DNA from: Sinomonas terrae
Lineage (GTDB): Bacteria > Actinomycetota > Actinomycetes > Actinomycetales > Micrococcaceae
Assembly: GCF_022539255.1 (NCBI RefSeq)
Contig: NZ_JAKZBV010000001.1
Coordinates: 190,601 to 222,600, forward strand
Reading direction: 5' to 3'
DNA length: 32,000 bases
Shown: positions 7,763 to 15,519 of the stretch, piece by piece
How the letters are laid out: each line of letters begins with the position of its first letter
Position numbering within the stretch: the stretch's first letter is position 1
Translations under genes and position numbers: made by a program
Notes under the pieces: model-generated
The model's input: the letters and a program-made list of their open reading frames with translations, nothing else
The model's database searches: none
What the model was told of the DNA's origin: nothing

Positions 7763-8550
7763 GATCCCTGCCCTGTTTGGTTCGGCCTTGTGCGGTTTGG
7801 CTCTGCGCGGTTCGGCACATCGTGCCGATTCTGCGGCAGGAGGAAACCGACGACGGCGAGCCAACCGAGGCCGGCAAATCGGACCACGGGCAGTAGGTAG
7901 GCGGCGCCCGGCACGAGCAGCGTGAAGAACGAGAGTTCGCCCAGGGCGGCGAGCACGAGCCCGGCCCATGCGAGCCACCGCGGCGTGAGCCGGAGGATGA
8001 GGGCGGGTACCGCGATCCCCGCGATCAGCAGCCCCAGCCCGGTGGCGAAGCCGACGCCACCTAAGGCGAAGGCGACGACCGCAACGAGGTGGACGACGGC
8101 GGCCGGCGCCTCCGCACCCGTCGCACCAAGGGCCCAGACGAGGAGTGCGGACACGGCAAGTGCGATCGAGGCGACGATTCCGCCCGCAAAGCCGATGCTC
8201 GGACCGGGCACGCGGATGCCGAGTCGGAGGAGGCGCGAATACAAGGTTGCCGCATAGATGGCGAGGGGAACAGACGCCCCGAAGGCAAGGAATCCGATGA
8301 GGGTTGCGGAGAACGCATGGTCCCCGAAGAAGCGTCCGACGACGTCCGACGGCGCCGATGGCGGCGGGTACGGGGCGGCAGAGACGACTCCTGGCGAGCT
8401 GACCGTCGGCGAGATGACCATCAGGAGAAGAGCTGCCGCGACCGAGAGGCAGAGCGCCACGACCGCGAGGATTCCAGCATTCGGCCCGTCCGGCCGGCGC
8501 CGCAGCCGTGGAGCCTCACGGCTGGGAAGGGAAGCGGAAAGATCGGTCAT
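7759..8550 (-). CDS. Integral membrane protein of unknown function (about 6 TM segments)
   Basis: Long hydrophobic stretches run throughout (ILAVVALCLSVAAALLLMVI, LIGFLAFGASVPLAIYAATL, VHLVAVVAFALGGVGFATGLGLLIAGIAV, and others). I chose the ATG at 8550 over the TTG at 8556. The stop overlaps the SDR ATG (ATGA). Confidence 0.7.
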   Translation of the reverse strand: MTDLSASLPSREAPRLRRRPDGPNAGILAVVALCLSVAAALLLMVISPTVSSPGVVSAAPYPPPSAPSDVVGRFFGDHAFSATLIGFLAFGASVPLAIYAATLYSRLLRLGIRVPGPSIGFAGGIVASIALAVSALLVWALGATGAEAPAAVVHLVAVVAFALGGVGFATGLGLLIAGIAVPALILRLTPRWLAWAGLVLAALGELSFFTLLVPGAAYLLPVVRFAGLGWLAVVGFLLPQNRHDVPNRAEPNRTRPNQTGQGS

Positions 8551-8560
8551 AGCCAAAATT

Positions 8561-8575
8561 ATTCACTCGGTGAAT
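8561..8575. promoter_or_regulatory. Perfect palindrome ATTCAC-TCG-GTGAAT in the marR / membrane-operon divergent intergenic region (candidate MarR operator)
   Basis: Read directly: 6-bp arms with a 3-bp spacer in an AT-rich 26-53 bp divergent spacer. MarR proteins bind such dyads overlapping their own promoters. Confidence 0.5.
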
Positions 8576-8576
8576 C

Positions 8577-9104
8577 ATGCAGTCAATGCTGTATTCTGAG
8601 GATATGCCACGGGAAGCGATGCAACGGGAAGCTGGGCTCGGGAAGGGGCGGCCGGCCCGCATCGGATTCCTGCTCTCTCAGCTTGGTGCCCACGCGACCG
8701 AGCTCTTCGCGGCACAGACCAAGGAACTGGGCATCACCCCGTCGGAGGCCGGCGTCATCCGGATCATTGGCCGGTCTCCTGGTATCAGCCAGCGCGAACT
8801 CGCGGACATTCTCGGCTCGGTGCAGAGCCGGGTGGTAGCCCTCATCGACCGGCTCGAGGGCGCTGGGCTTGTCACGCGGACGCGCAGCTCGGCGGATCGC
8901 AGGGTCCAGGAGCTGCGGCTGACCGAGTCAGGGGCAGCCACGCTCAAGCTGTTGCGTCGCGCGGCGGAGGCGCAGGAGGCAGCGATCGTCGAGGGCCTGA
9001 CGCCGCAACAGGCCGACGAGCTCTTCGAGCTCCTGTCAGCGCTGGGTTCTCTGCGCGGCCTCGACTCCGAGATCCACCTCGGCTACCGCGACTCGGCCCG
9101 CTGA
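8577..9104 (+). CDS. MarR-family transcriptional regulator
   Basis: Winged-helix MarR pattern: LGITPSEAGVIRIIGRSPGISQRELADILGSVQSRVVALIDRLEGAGLVTRTRSSADRRVQELRLTESG. It is divergent from the membrane-protein operon. The start is ambiguous, with ATGs at 8577, 8586, 8604 and 8619. Confidence 0.88.
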   Translation: MQSMLYSEDMPREAMQREAGLGKGRPARIGFLLSQLGAHATELFAAQTKELGITPSEAGVIRIIGRSPGISQRELADILGSVQSRVVALIDRLEGAGLVTRTRSSADRRVQELRLTESGAATLKLLRRAAEAQEAAIVEGLTPQQADELFELLSALGSLRGLDSEIHLGYRDSAR

Positions 9105-9122
9105 AAAGATCGCGCCTGAGGC

Positions 9123-9545
9123 CTACTTCTTCCGGCTCTCCGCCGTCTTCTTGTCGTTGGCCTTCTGCAGCGCGTCGACGAGTTCGTCCTTCGACATGTT
9201 GGAGCGGCCCGGAACATCGAGTTTCTGGGCGAGCTCATAGAGGTGCTTCTTGGAGGCGTTCGCGTCCACCCCTCCTGCTGTGGGACGGGACGTCTTCTTT
9301 CCGCCCTCGGCCTGTGCGTCCGAAGGACCGTTGCCTTCCTTGGGTTCCCAGTGGTCGCCGACCTTCTCGTGCGTGTGCTTCAGGGCAGAGTACGCCACGC
9401 GGTGGGCGCGCTGCTCGTCGCCGTAAGTCTCCTCGGCCGAGTCATGCGCCTTCGCGAAAGTCTGTTGGGCCTTCCGGTCCGAACGCTGGAGCGTCGAGGG
9501 GAGTTCGCCCTTCTTCGCCTTCCCGCTCTTATCTGCCTTCGGCAT
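9123..9545 (-). CDS. ChaB-family protein with C-terminal Rho_N/SAP-like domain
   Basis: ELPSTLQRSDRKAQQTFAKAHDSAEETYGDEQRAHRVAYSALKHTHEKVGDHW is ChaB-like. The C-terminus KKHLYELAQKLDVPGRSNMSKDELVDALQKA is Rho_N-like. The ATG at 9545 has a GGAGGAAG Shine-Dalgarno. The longer ORF reaching 9776 is rejected. Confidence 0.75.
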   Translation of the reverse strand: MPKADKSGKAKKGELPSTLQRSDRKAQQTFAKAHDSAEETYGDEQRAHRVAYSALKHTHEKVGDHWEPKEGNGPSDAQAEGGKKTSRPTAGGVDANASKKHLYELAQKLDVPGRSNMSKDELVDALQKANDKKTAESRKK

Positions 9546-9599
9546 GCTTCCTCCGATCAGGGTTACTGTTCTGAGCTTGCCCTTCCACGCTAGGCCTCG

Positions 9600-9614
9600 G
9601 CCTCTCTGAGAGGC
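9600..9614. promoter_or_regulatory. Palindrome GCCTCT-CTG-AGAGGC in the chaB-like / hypA divergent region
   Basis: Read directly: 6-bp arms with a 3-bp spacer, about 97 nt upstream of the hypA ATG. An overlapping smaller dyad AGGCC-TC-GGCCT lies just upstream. Confidence 0.3.
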
Positions 9615-9710
9615 AACCGTTTGCATTCTCGGGTTGCGCGTCTGCATGTTCATCCGGCCATTGCCGTCGCCACAGTGGAGGCTTACATTGAGGCACGAGG
9701 CGGCGAGGCC

Positions 9711-10040
9711 ATGCATGAGCTTTCCATTACCCAGAGCCTTATTGGCGCTGTCATTGAACGAGTCGGCGACCGGCAAGTGACGGGCGTCAATCTTTGCATC
9801 GGGCGCCTGTCGGGTGTCCTTCCCGATGCAGTTCGGTTCTGTTTCGAGGTGGTCAGCGAAGGGACCTGTTTGGCGGGTGCGGCTCTCAACATCGATGAGC
9901 CGAAAGGCAGTGGGCGCTGCCGTGACTGCGGGACTGAATTCGCCCTCGAAGACGCCATTCTGCTCTGCCCCTGCGGAAGTGCTGACGTATTCGTGACCGG
10001 AGGCCGCGAGCTGACGGTGACATCAGTGGAAGTGATCTGA
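9711..10040 (+). CDS. hypA: Hydrogenase nickel insertion protein HypA
   Basis: It has the N-terminal MHE nickel-binding start (MHELSITQSLI...) and the zinc motif CRDCG...CPCG. It is 109 aa and sits directly upstream of hypB, 2 nt apart. Confidence 0.9.
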   Translation: MHELSITQSLIGAVIERVGDRQVTGVNLCIGRLSGVLPDAVRFCFEVVSEGTCLAGAALNIDEPKGSGRCRDCGTEFALEDAILLCPCGSADVFVTGGRELTVTSVEVI

Positions 10041-10042
10041 AG

Positions 10043-10927
10043 ATGTGTTCAACGTGCGGTTGCAGCGACGATGCGGGAACCCGGATTTCACGAATCGATC
10101 TGGATACGAGCATTGGCTCAGAAGCGGGCGGACTTCCCCACCTGCACGACCATGAGCACCTGCACAACCATGAGCATCACGATCACGAGCATCACGAGCA
10201 TCACGAGCATCACGACCACGCGGCCGAAAGCACGACGATCTCACTCGAGCAGAGCCTCCTGGCACGCAACGATCTCGAGGCGGCGCGGAATCGGGGATGG
10301 CTCGAGGGGCGGAAGATCTTCGCACTCAACCTCATGAGCTCTCCGGGGGCCGGGAAGACGACCCTCTTGGTCCGCACCATTAACGAGATGGCCGGGCACT
10401 TCGAGAGTTTCGTGATCGAGGGCGATCAGGAAACCACATTTGACGCGGAACGGATCAGGGCCACCGGCAGCACCGTCGTGCAGGTCAACACCGGAGCTGG
10501 GTGCCACTTGGACGCATCGATGGTCCACCGTGCGCTCGATTCGCTCGACCCATCGCCCCGCTCCACCGTCTTCATCGAGAACGTGGGGAACCTCGTGTGC
10601 CCGGCGCTTTTCGATCTCGGGGAGGCCGCGAAGGTTGTGATTGTGTCCGTGACGGAAGGAGACGACAAGCCCGAGAAATACCCGCACATGTTCCTTGCCG
10701 CAGACCTGCTGATCGTCAACAAGGCCGATCTGCTGCCCTACGTTGAGTTCGACGTCGAACGGTTCCTTGAGCGGGCCCGGCGCCTGAATCCCCACGTCGA
10801 AGCCATAGTGGTGTCAGCTACGACAGGCGAAGGCCTGACGAGCTGGTTCGACTGGCTGACGCAGAAATCCGGCGCGTCTGGAGAAAACGCAGCCGCCGGG
10901 ATTCCCGAGCACAGCGTCCACGCCTGA
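10043..10927 (+). CDS. hypB: Hydrogenase nickel incorporation GTPase HypB
   Basis: It has the N-terminal CxxCGC high-affinity Ni motif (MCSTCGCSDD), a 27-residue His-rich tract, the P-loop SSPGAGKTTLL, plus ENVGNLVCP and NKADL GTPase motifs. Confidence 0.93.
   Translation: MCSTCGCSDDAGTRISRIDLDTSIGSEAGGLPHLHDHEHLHNHEHHDHEHHEHHEHHDHAAESTTISLEQSLLARNDLEAARNRGWLEGRKIFALNLMSSPGAGKTTLLVRTINEMAGHFESFVIEGDQETTFDAERIRATGSTVVQVNTGAGCHLDASMVHRALDSLDPSPRSTVFIENVGNLVCPALFDLGEAAKVVIVSVTEGDDKPEKYPHMFLAADLLIVNKADLLPYVEFDVERFLERARRLNPHVEAIVVSATTGEGLTSWFDWLTQKSGASGENAAAGIPEHSVHA
10139..10219 (+). repeat. His-codon-rich tract in hypB, including 3 perfect tandem copies of GAGCATCAC (10187-10213)
   Basis: It encodes HLHDHEHLHNHEHHDHEHHEHHEHHDH. 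The tandem 9-mers were read directly. Confidence 0.8.
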
Positions 10928-11002
10928 AGACGAGCGGAATTTCCACACAGGATTCCCTCGGCGGGCGGCCATGGCCCTTTGGTGGGCTCTAAGGAGGCAG
11001 TG

Positions 11003-12058
11003 ATGCCTACTAGCACTTCCACCGCGGCGGAAGATGCACTCATTCACGTTCTATGGATCAATGCGGGCCTGAGCTGCGACGGCGATTCGGTGGCCCTCAC
11101 AGCCGCCATGCAGCCTTCGGTCGAGGAGATTGCGCTCGGGGCATTGCCTGGCCTCCCGCAGGTGGCGGTGCACTGGCCGCTCATCGATTTCGAATGCGGC
11201 CCTCAGCAGGGGGCGGATGATTTCCTCGAATGGTTCCGCAAGGCAGATCGCGGTGAACTCGAGCCGTTCGTCCTCGTGGTCGAGGGATCTATACCCAACG
11301 AGAAACTCCACGGCGACGGCTACTGGAGTGGGTTCGGAAACGACCTGGAAACCGGCCAGCCGATCACGACGAGCGAGTGGCTGGATCGGCTCGCCCCGAA
11401 GGCGACCGCAATCATTGCCGCCGGAACCTGTGCGACCTACGGGGGAATCCACGCCATGGCAGGGAACCCGACCGGTGCGATGGGGGTTCCCGACTATCTG
11501 GGCTTCGATTGGAAGTCAAAGGCCGGAATTCCGATTGTCTGCGTCCCGGGCTGCCCCATTCAGCCGGATAACCTCTCCGAGACGATCACGTATCTGCTCT
11601 ATCAGGCCACCGGCCAAGCGCCGATGATCCCCTTGGACGAAGCGCTTCGCCCCACCTGGCTCTTCGGCAAGACGGTCCATGAGGGGTGCGACCGGGCCGG
11701 CTACTACGAGCAGGCAGATTTTGCGACCGAGTACGGCTCGCCCAAGTGCATCGTCAAACTCGGCTGCTGGGGGCCGGTCGTCAAATGCAACGTGCCCAAG
11801 CGCGGTTGGATGAATGGAATCGGCGGGTGCCCCAACGTCGGCGGCATCTGCATCGGCTGCACCATGCCGGGATTCCCCGACAAGTTCATGCCCTTCATGG
11901 ATGAGCCGCCGGGCGGAAAGCTCTCCACGACGGCAGTGGGCCTCTACGGAACCACGGTGAAGGCGCTGCGTTCCATCACCACCCGCACTGTCGACAAGGA
12001 ACCCTCGTGGCGCAAGCCGGGAGGCCAACTGCTGACCGGCGCTACGAGGACTTGGTAA
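11003..12058 (+). CDS. hhyS: [NiFe]-hydrogenase small subunit, group 1h (high-affinity type)
   Basis: The ATG at 11003 follows AAGGAGG. LIHVLWINAGLSCDGDSVALT, TCATYGGI, CVPGCP and the distal-cluster Cys block GCPNVGGICIGCTMPGFPDKF fit a small subunit. There is no twin-arginine signal peptide, as expected for group 1h. It is paired with a group 1h large subunit. Confidence 0.9.
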   Translation: MPTSTSTAAEDALIHVLWINAGLSCDGDSVALTAAMQPSVEEIALGALPGLPQVAVHWPLIDFECGPQQGADDFLEWFRKADRGELEPFVLVVEGSIPNEKLHGDGYWSGFGNDLETGQPITTSEWLDRLAPKATAIIAAGTCATYGGIHAMAGNPTGAMGVPDYLGFDWKSKAGIPIVCVPGCPIQPDNLSETITYLLYQATGQAPMIPLDEALRPTWLFGKTVHEGCDRAGYYEQADFATEYGSPKCIVKLGCWGPVVKCNVPKRGWMNGIGGCPNVGGICIGCTMPGFPDKFMPFMDEPPGGKLSTTAVGLYGTTVKALRSITTRTVDKEPSWRKPGGQLLTGATRTW

Positions 12059-12079
12059 CCCACTGAGAGAGGCAGAGCA

Positions 12080-13870
12080 ATGACTTCGACTGTCCCCGCG
12101 CCCTCACAGCAAGGGACCAAAGGCAATCTCGTAGAGATGAACTGGGACCCCATCACCCGCATTGTGGGGAGCCTCGGCATCTACACGAAGATCGATTTCG
12201 ACAACAACGAAGTGGTGGAATGCCACAGCACCTCGTCCATCTTCCGCGGATATTCCATCTTCATGCGTGGAAAGGACCCAAGGGACGCCCATTTCATCAC
12301 GAGCCGCATCTGCGGAATCTGCGGCGACAACCACGCGACCTGTTCCTGCTATGCGCAGAACATGGCGTATGGGGTGAAGCCCCCGCACCTCGGAGAGTGG
12401 ATCGTCAACCTCGGTGAAGCCGCCGAGTACATGTTCGACCACAACATCTTCCAGGAGAACCTTGTCGGCGTGGACTACTGCGAGAAGATGGTCTCGGACA
12501 CCAATCCCTCGGTCCTCGCGAAGGCGGAGAACACTCCGGCGCCGCATGCGGGCGAGCACGGCTACCGCACGATCGCCGACATCATGCGTTCGCTCAACCC
12601 CTTCACGGGCGAGTTCTACCGCGAGGCCTTGCAGGTCAGCCGCCTGACGCGCGAGATGTTCTGCCTCATGGAGGGCCGCCACGTCCACCCCTCGACCCTG
12701 TATCCCGGAGGCGTCGGGACGGTCGCGACAGTTCAGCTCATGACCGACTACCTGACGCGGCTCATGCGGTATGTGGAGTTCATGAAGAAGGTCGTGCCGA
12801 TGCACGACGACCTCTTCGACTTCTTCTACGAAGCACTCCCCGGCTACGAGCAGGTTGGCCTCCGCCGGACGCTCCTGGGCTGCTGGGGTTCCTTCCAGGA
12901 CCCGGAGGTGTGCAACTTCGCGTACCGGGACATGACGGAGTGGGGGCGGCACATGTTCGTGACGCCCGGCGTCGTCGTCGACGGTCAGCTCGTCACCACG
13001 GATCTTGTGCGGATCAACCTCGGCCTGCGGATCATGCTCGGCTCCTCGTACTACGAGGACTGGGAGGGCCAGGAGATGTTCGTGACACATGATCCGCTCG
13101 GCAACCCTGTGGATCGGCGCCATCCGTGGAACCAGCACACGAACCCGAGGCCGCAGAAGCGAGACCTCGAGGACAAGTACAGCTGGGTCATGTCCCCACG
13201 CTGGTTCGACGGGCAGGACAACCTCGCGCTCGACACCGGGGGAGGCCCGCTCGCAAGGCTCTGGAGCACGGCACTCGCGGGCCTCGTCAATACGGACTAC
13301 ATCAAGTCGACGGGACGCAGCGTCGAGATCCATCTGCCGAAGACCGCCCTCAAGGGGCCCGTGACGTTCGAATGGAAGATCCCGCAGTGGAGCAACACGC
13401 TCGAGCGGAACCGAGCTCGCACGTACTTCCAGGCCTACGCTGCGGCGGCTGCGCTGACGTTCGCAGAGAAGGCGCTCGCCGAGATCCGGGCGGGGCACAC
13501 CAAGACCTGGGAGAAGTTCGAGGTGCCGGACGAGGCAGTCAGCTGCGGCTTCACGGAGGCCGTCCGTGGCGTGCTCTCGCACCACATGGTGATCCGGGAC
13601 GGAAAGATCGCGAACTACCATCCCTACCCGCCGACCCCGTGGAACGCGAGCCCTCGGGACTCGTCCGGGACGCCGGGACCGTACGAGGACGCGGTCCAAG
13701 GGCAGCCGATCTTCGAGGAGAACGACAGGGAGCACTTCAAGGGCATCGACATCATGCGCACGGTCCGCAGCTTCGATCCGTGCCTTCCCTGCGGTGTGCA
13801 CATGTACTTGGGGCAGGGGAAGTCGCTCGAACTCGTCCATTCGCCGACCCAGGCTATGGGAGGCGAGTAG
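12080..13870 (+). CDS. hhyL: [NiFe]-hydrogenase large subunit, group 1h (high-affinity type)
   Basis: The L1 motif TSRICGICGDNH and the L2 motif SFDPCLPCGVH are the signatures I recall for group 5/1h enzymes. It is 596 aa. A C-terminal extension after the L2 His (MYLGQGKSLELVHSPTQAMGGE) would be the endopeptidase substrate. Confidence 0.93.
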   Translation: MTSTVPAPSQQGTKGNLVEMNWDPITRIVGSLGIYTKIDFDNNEVVECHSTSSIFRGYSIFMRGKDPRDAHFITSRICGICGDNHATCSCYAQNMAYGVKPPHLGEWIVNLGEAAEYMFDHNIFQENLVGVDYCEKMVSDTNPSVLAKAENTPAPHAGEHGYRTIADIMRSLNPFTGEFYREALQVSRLTREMFCLMEGRHVHPSTLYPGGVGTVATVQLMTDYLTRLMRYVEFMKKVVPMHDDLFDFFYEALPGYEQVGLRRTLLGCWGSFQDPEVCNFAYRDMTEWGRHMFVTPGVVVDGQLVTTDLVRINLGLRIMLGSSYYEDWEGQEMFVTHDPLGNPVDRRHPWNQHTNPRPQKRDLEDKYSWVMSPRWFDGQDNLALDTGGGPLARLWSTALAGLVNTDYIKSTGRSVEIHLPKTALKGPVTFEWKIPQWSNTLERNRARTYFQAYAAAAALTFAEKALAEIRAGHTKTWEKFEVPDEAVSCGFTEAVRGVLSHHMVIRDGKIANYHPYPPTPWNASPRDSSGTPGPYEDAVQGQPIFEENDREHFKGIDIMRTVRSFDPCLPCGVHMYLGQGKSLELVHSPTQAMGGE

Positions 13871-13876
13871 GCGGCG

Positions 13877-14860
13877 ATGGAGATGGTCGAGCACACCGAT
13901 GGCCTTCAGGCGGGGCAGGACGACCGCCTCCAAGGCGTTGGCGAGACGATCAGCTCCCTTCTGGATTCGCTTTCCGCCTCGGGCCCCGTGGTCCACGAAC
14001 GCGCCGAGGCGCTGGTCCGCGAGGTCACGGCGCTCTACGGTGCAGGCCTCGAACACCTTCTCGGGATCCTCGAGAGCACGGGCAAGCTCGACGACGCGCT
14101 GGTCGCCGAGCTTGCCCGGGACGAGCTAGTCTCCGGCCTCCTCGTGGTGCACGGCCTCCATCCGCAGAACGTGGGAGCCCGCGTGGCCGGGGCGCTCGAG
14201 AGCGTGCGCCCATATCTCGGCTCCCATGGGGGCGACGTCGAGCTCGTGGGGATCGAGGACGACGGCGCGGTGAGACTGCGGATGCTCGGCACCTGCCAGG
14301 GGTGCCCGTCGTCGTCGGTGACCCTCAAACTCGCCGTGGAAAGCGCCATTACGGCGGCCGCTCCCGAAGTGACCTCGATTCTTGTCGAGGAAGCCAAGAA
14401 GCCTTCCGTGATTCCCGTGGAAGCCCTCAGGCTGAGGATCGACCATCCAGACGGGAGCGTCGCCGAAGCGGGCGCGGGCGCGTGGGAAGCCGTTCCCGAG
14501 TTCGCGGAGCTGCAGCCGGGCGAAGTGGGCGGCTTCGAGGTGCAGGGGCACTCGCTCATCGTCTGTAGGACCAATCAAGGCCTCTACGCCTTCCGAGCCC
14601 GGTGCCCGCGCTGCACCGGTGATCTCACGGGCGCGTCGCTCCAGCGCGCTCTCGCCTCGCCCGCTGACGGGGCCCTGCTGCGCTGCCCGGCCTGCCGCAG
14701 CCATTACGACGTGCGGCAGGCCGGACTCTGCGTCGAAGACCACGAGCTCCATCTGGATCCCTTCCCCCTGCTAGTGCGCAAGGGCGTGCTCTCCATCGCC
14801 CTGCCAGCCGGAGCCGGGCCGAAGGAGCCAGCCGGTAGCGGTCGAGAGGAGATGGTGTAG
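13877..14860 (+). CDS. Hydrogenase-associated putative FeS protein (NifU-like domain plus Cys-rich Rieske-like C-terminal domain), HhyE-like
   Basis: The central block LESVRPYLGSHGGDVELVGIEDDGAVRLRMLGTCQGCPSSSVTLKLAVESAI is a NifU C-terminal domain. The C-terminus HSLIVCRTNQGLYAFRARCPRCTG...LLRCPACRSHYD has a Rieske-like layout but with CxxC...CxxC ligands. It lies 6 nt after hhyL. Confidence 0.7.
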   Translation: MEMVEHTDGLQAGQDDRLQGVGETISSLLDSLSASGPVVHERAEALVREVTALYGAGLEHLLGILESTGKLDDALVAELARDELVSGLLVVHGLHPQNVGARVAGALESVRPYLGSHGGDVELVGIEDDGAVRLRMLGTCQGCPSSSVTLKLAVESAITAAAPEVTSILVEEAKKPSVIPVEALRLRIDHPDGSVAEAGAGAWEAVPEFAELQPGEVGGFEVQGHSLIVCRTNQGLYAFRARCPRCTGDLTGASLQRALASPADGALLRCPACRSHYDVRQAGLCVEDHELHLDPFPLLVRKGVLSIALPAGAGPKEPAGSGREEMV

Positions 14861-14862
14861 CA

Positions 14863-15519
14863 GTGCCGGCGAGCGGGGCAGGCTCGGACGTGTTCTCGGT
14901 CCTGCGGAGGATCTCGACAGCGAGGCCCGTAGCGGCAGGCCCGCGCTGCGAGATGTGCTCCGAGCCGATCGACGACGGGCACCCGCACGTCGTCGATCTC
15001 GAGAGCCGGGGCCTCCTGTGCACGTGCCGCCCGTGCTACCTCCTCTTCACCGATGAATCGGCCGCGCTGCGTTACCGGGCCATCCCCGATCGGTACGCAA
15101 CCCTCGACGAGGTCGAGCTGGGTCAAGGCGCCTGGGATGAGCTTGAGATCCCGATCGGCATGGCGTTCTTCTTCTTCAATTCACGCCTGGGCCGCACCGT
15201 GGTGTTCTACCCCGGGCCGGCGGGGGCCACAGAGTCCGAGCTGCCCCTCGGCGCGTGGGAGACCCTCGTGGAGCAGCACCCGAGCCTCGGCTCGGCCGCC
15301 GCGGATACGGAGGCCGTCCTGATCCGCATGGAGCCGGACGCAGGGGCCGTGGAGTGCTACATCGTGCCCATCGACGCGTGCTACGAGCTCGTAGGGCGCC
15401 TGCGGTCCTCGTGGCGCGGCTTCGACGGCGGGAGTGACGCCCGGGCCGAGCTCGATGCCTTCTTCGGGAAGGTGCGGCGGCTGAGCCGACCCGTGCGGAC
15501 GGAGCGACAGCATGGCTGA
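14863..15519 (+). CDS. Conserved hydrogenase-operon protein of unknown function (Cys cluster CxxC-x22-CxCxxC)
   Basis: The GTG start lies 2 nt after the preceding stop. PRCEMCSEPIDDGHPHVVDLESRGLLCTCRPCYLLF suggests a metal-binding or zinc-ribbon element. GC3 bias supports coding. It is translationally coupled on both sides. Confidence 0.7.
   Translation: MPASGAGSDVFSVLRRISTARPVAAGPRCEMCSEPIDDGHPHVVDLESRGLLCTCRPCYLLFTDESAALRYRAIPDRYATLDEVELGQGAWDELEIPIGMAFFFFNSRLGRTVVFYPGPAGATESELPLGAWETLVEQHPSLGSAAADTEAVLIRMEPDAGAVECYIVPIDACYELVGRLRSSWRGFDGGSDARAELDAFFGKVRRLSRPVRTERQHG

Noticed and set aside
7771-7830. Imperfect GGTTCGGC / GGTTTGGC repeats at the 3' end of the membrane-protein gene (encoding PNRAEPNRTRPNQ)
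   Set aside because: The copies are degenerate and irregularly spaced. They lie inside the coding tail. I could not define a unit or any associated structure.
7922-8838. Plus-strand ORFs 7922-8257, 8089-8838 and 8258-8599 opposite the membrane-protein gene
   Set aside because: They are Arg/Asp/Gly-rich off-frame or antisense translations with no motifs. The minus-strand product has coherent TM-helix periodicity.
9621-9639. TTGCAT-N7-TTGCGC as a Nur/Fur-type nickel-responsive box upstream of hypA
   Set aside because: The spacing and half-site sequence do not match the TTGCAA-N5-TTGCAA form I remember for Nur. The arrangement is direct rather than a clean inverted repeat. I kept it only as part of the general control-region observation.
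9546-9776. Upstream 77-codon extension of the ChaB-like ORF
   Set aside because: The extension has no Shine-Dalgarno and atypical composition, and it would run across the hypA promoter region into the hypA start. The internal ATG at 9545 has a strong GGAGGAAG site and gives a standard ChaB N-terminus.
10139-10219. Short tandem repeats considered as a possible CRISPR or minisatellite locus
   Set aside because: The repeats are 9 nt, in frame, and encode the HypB His-rich tract. No spacer-repeat architecture exists here or anywhere else in the window.
12104-14056. 650-aa ORF on the minus strand covering the entire hhyL region
   Set aside because: It is exactly antisense to a gene with unmistakable [NiFe] large-subunit motifs. 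The translation is Arg/Asp/His/Val-rich, low-complexity and has no recognisable domain. Long antisense ORFs are an expected artefact of strong GC3 bias.
13126-14568. 480-aa plus-strand ORF overlapping hhyL and the NifU-like gene in another frame
   Set aside because: The translation is dominated by Arg/Gly/Pro/Ala, typical of an off-frame reading of GC-rich coding DNA. Both overlapped genes have convincing motifs in their own frames.
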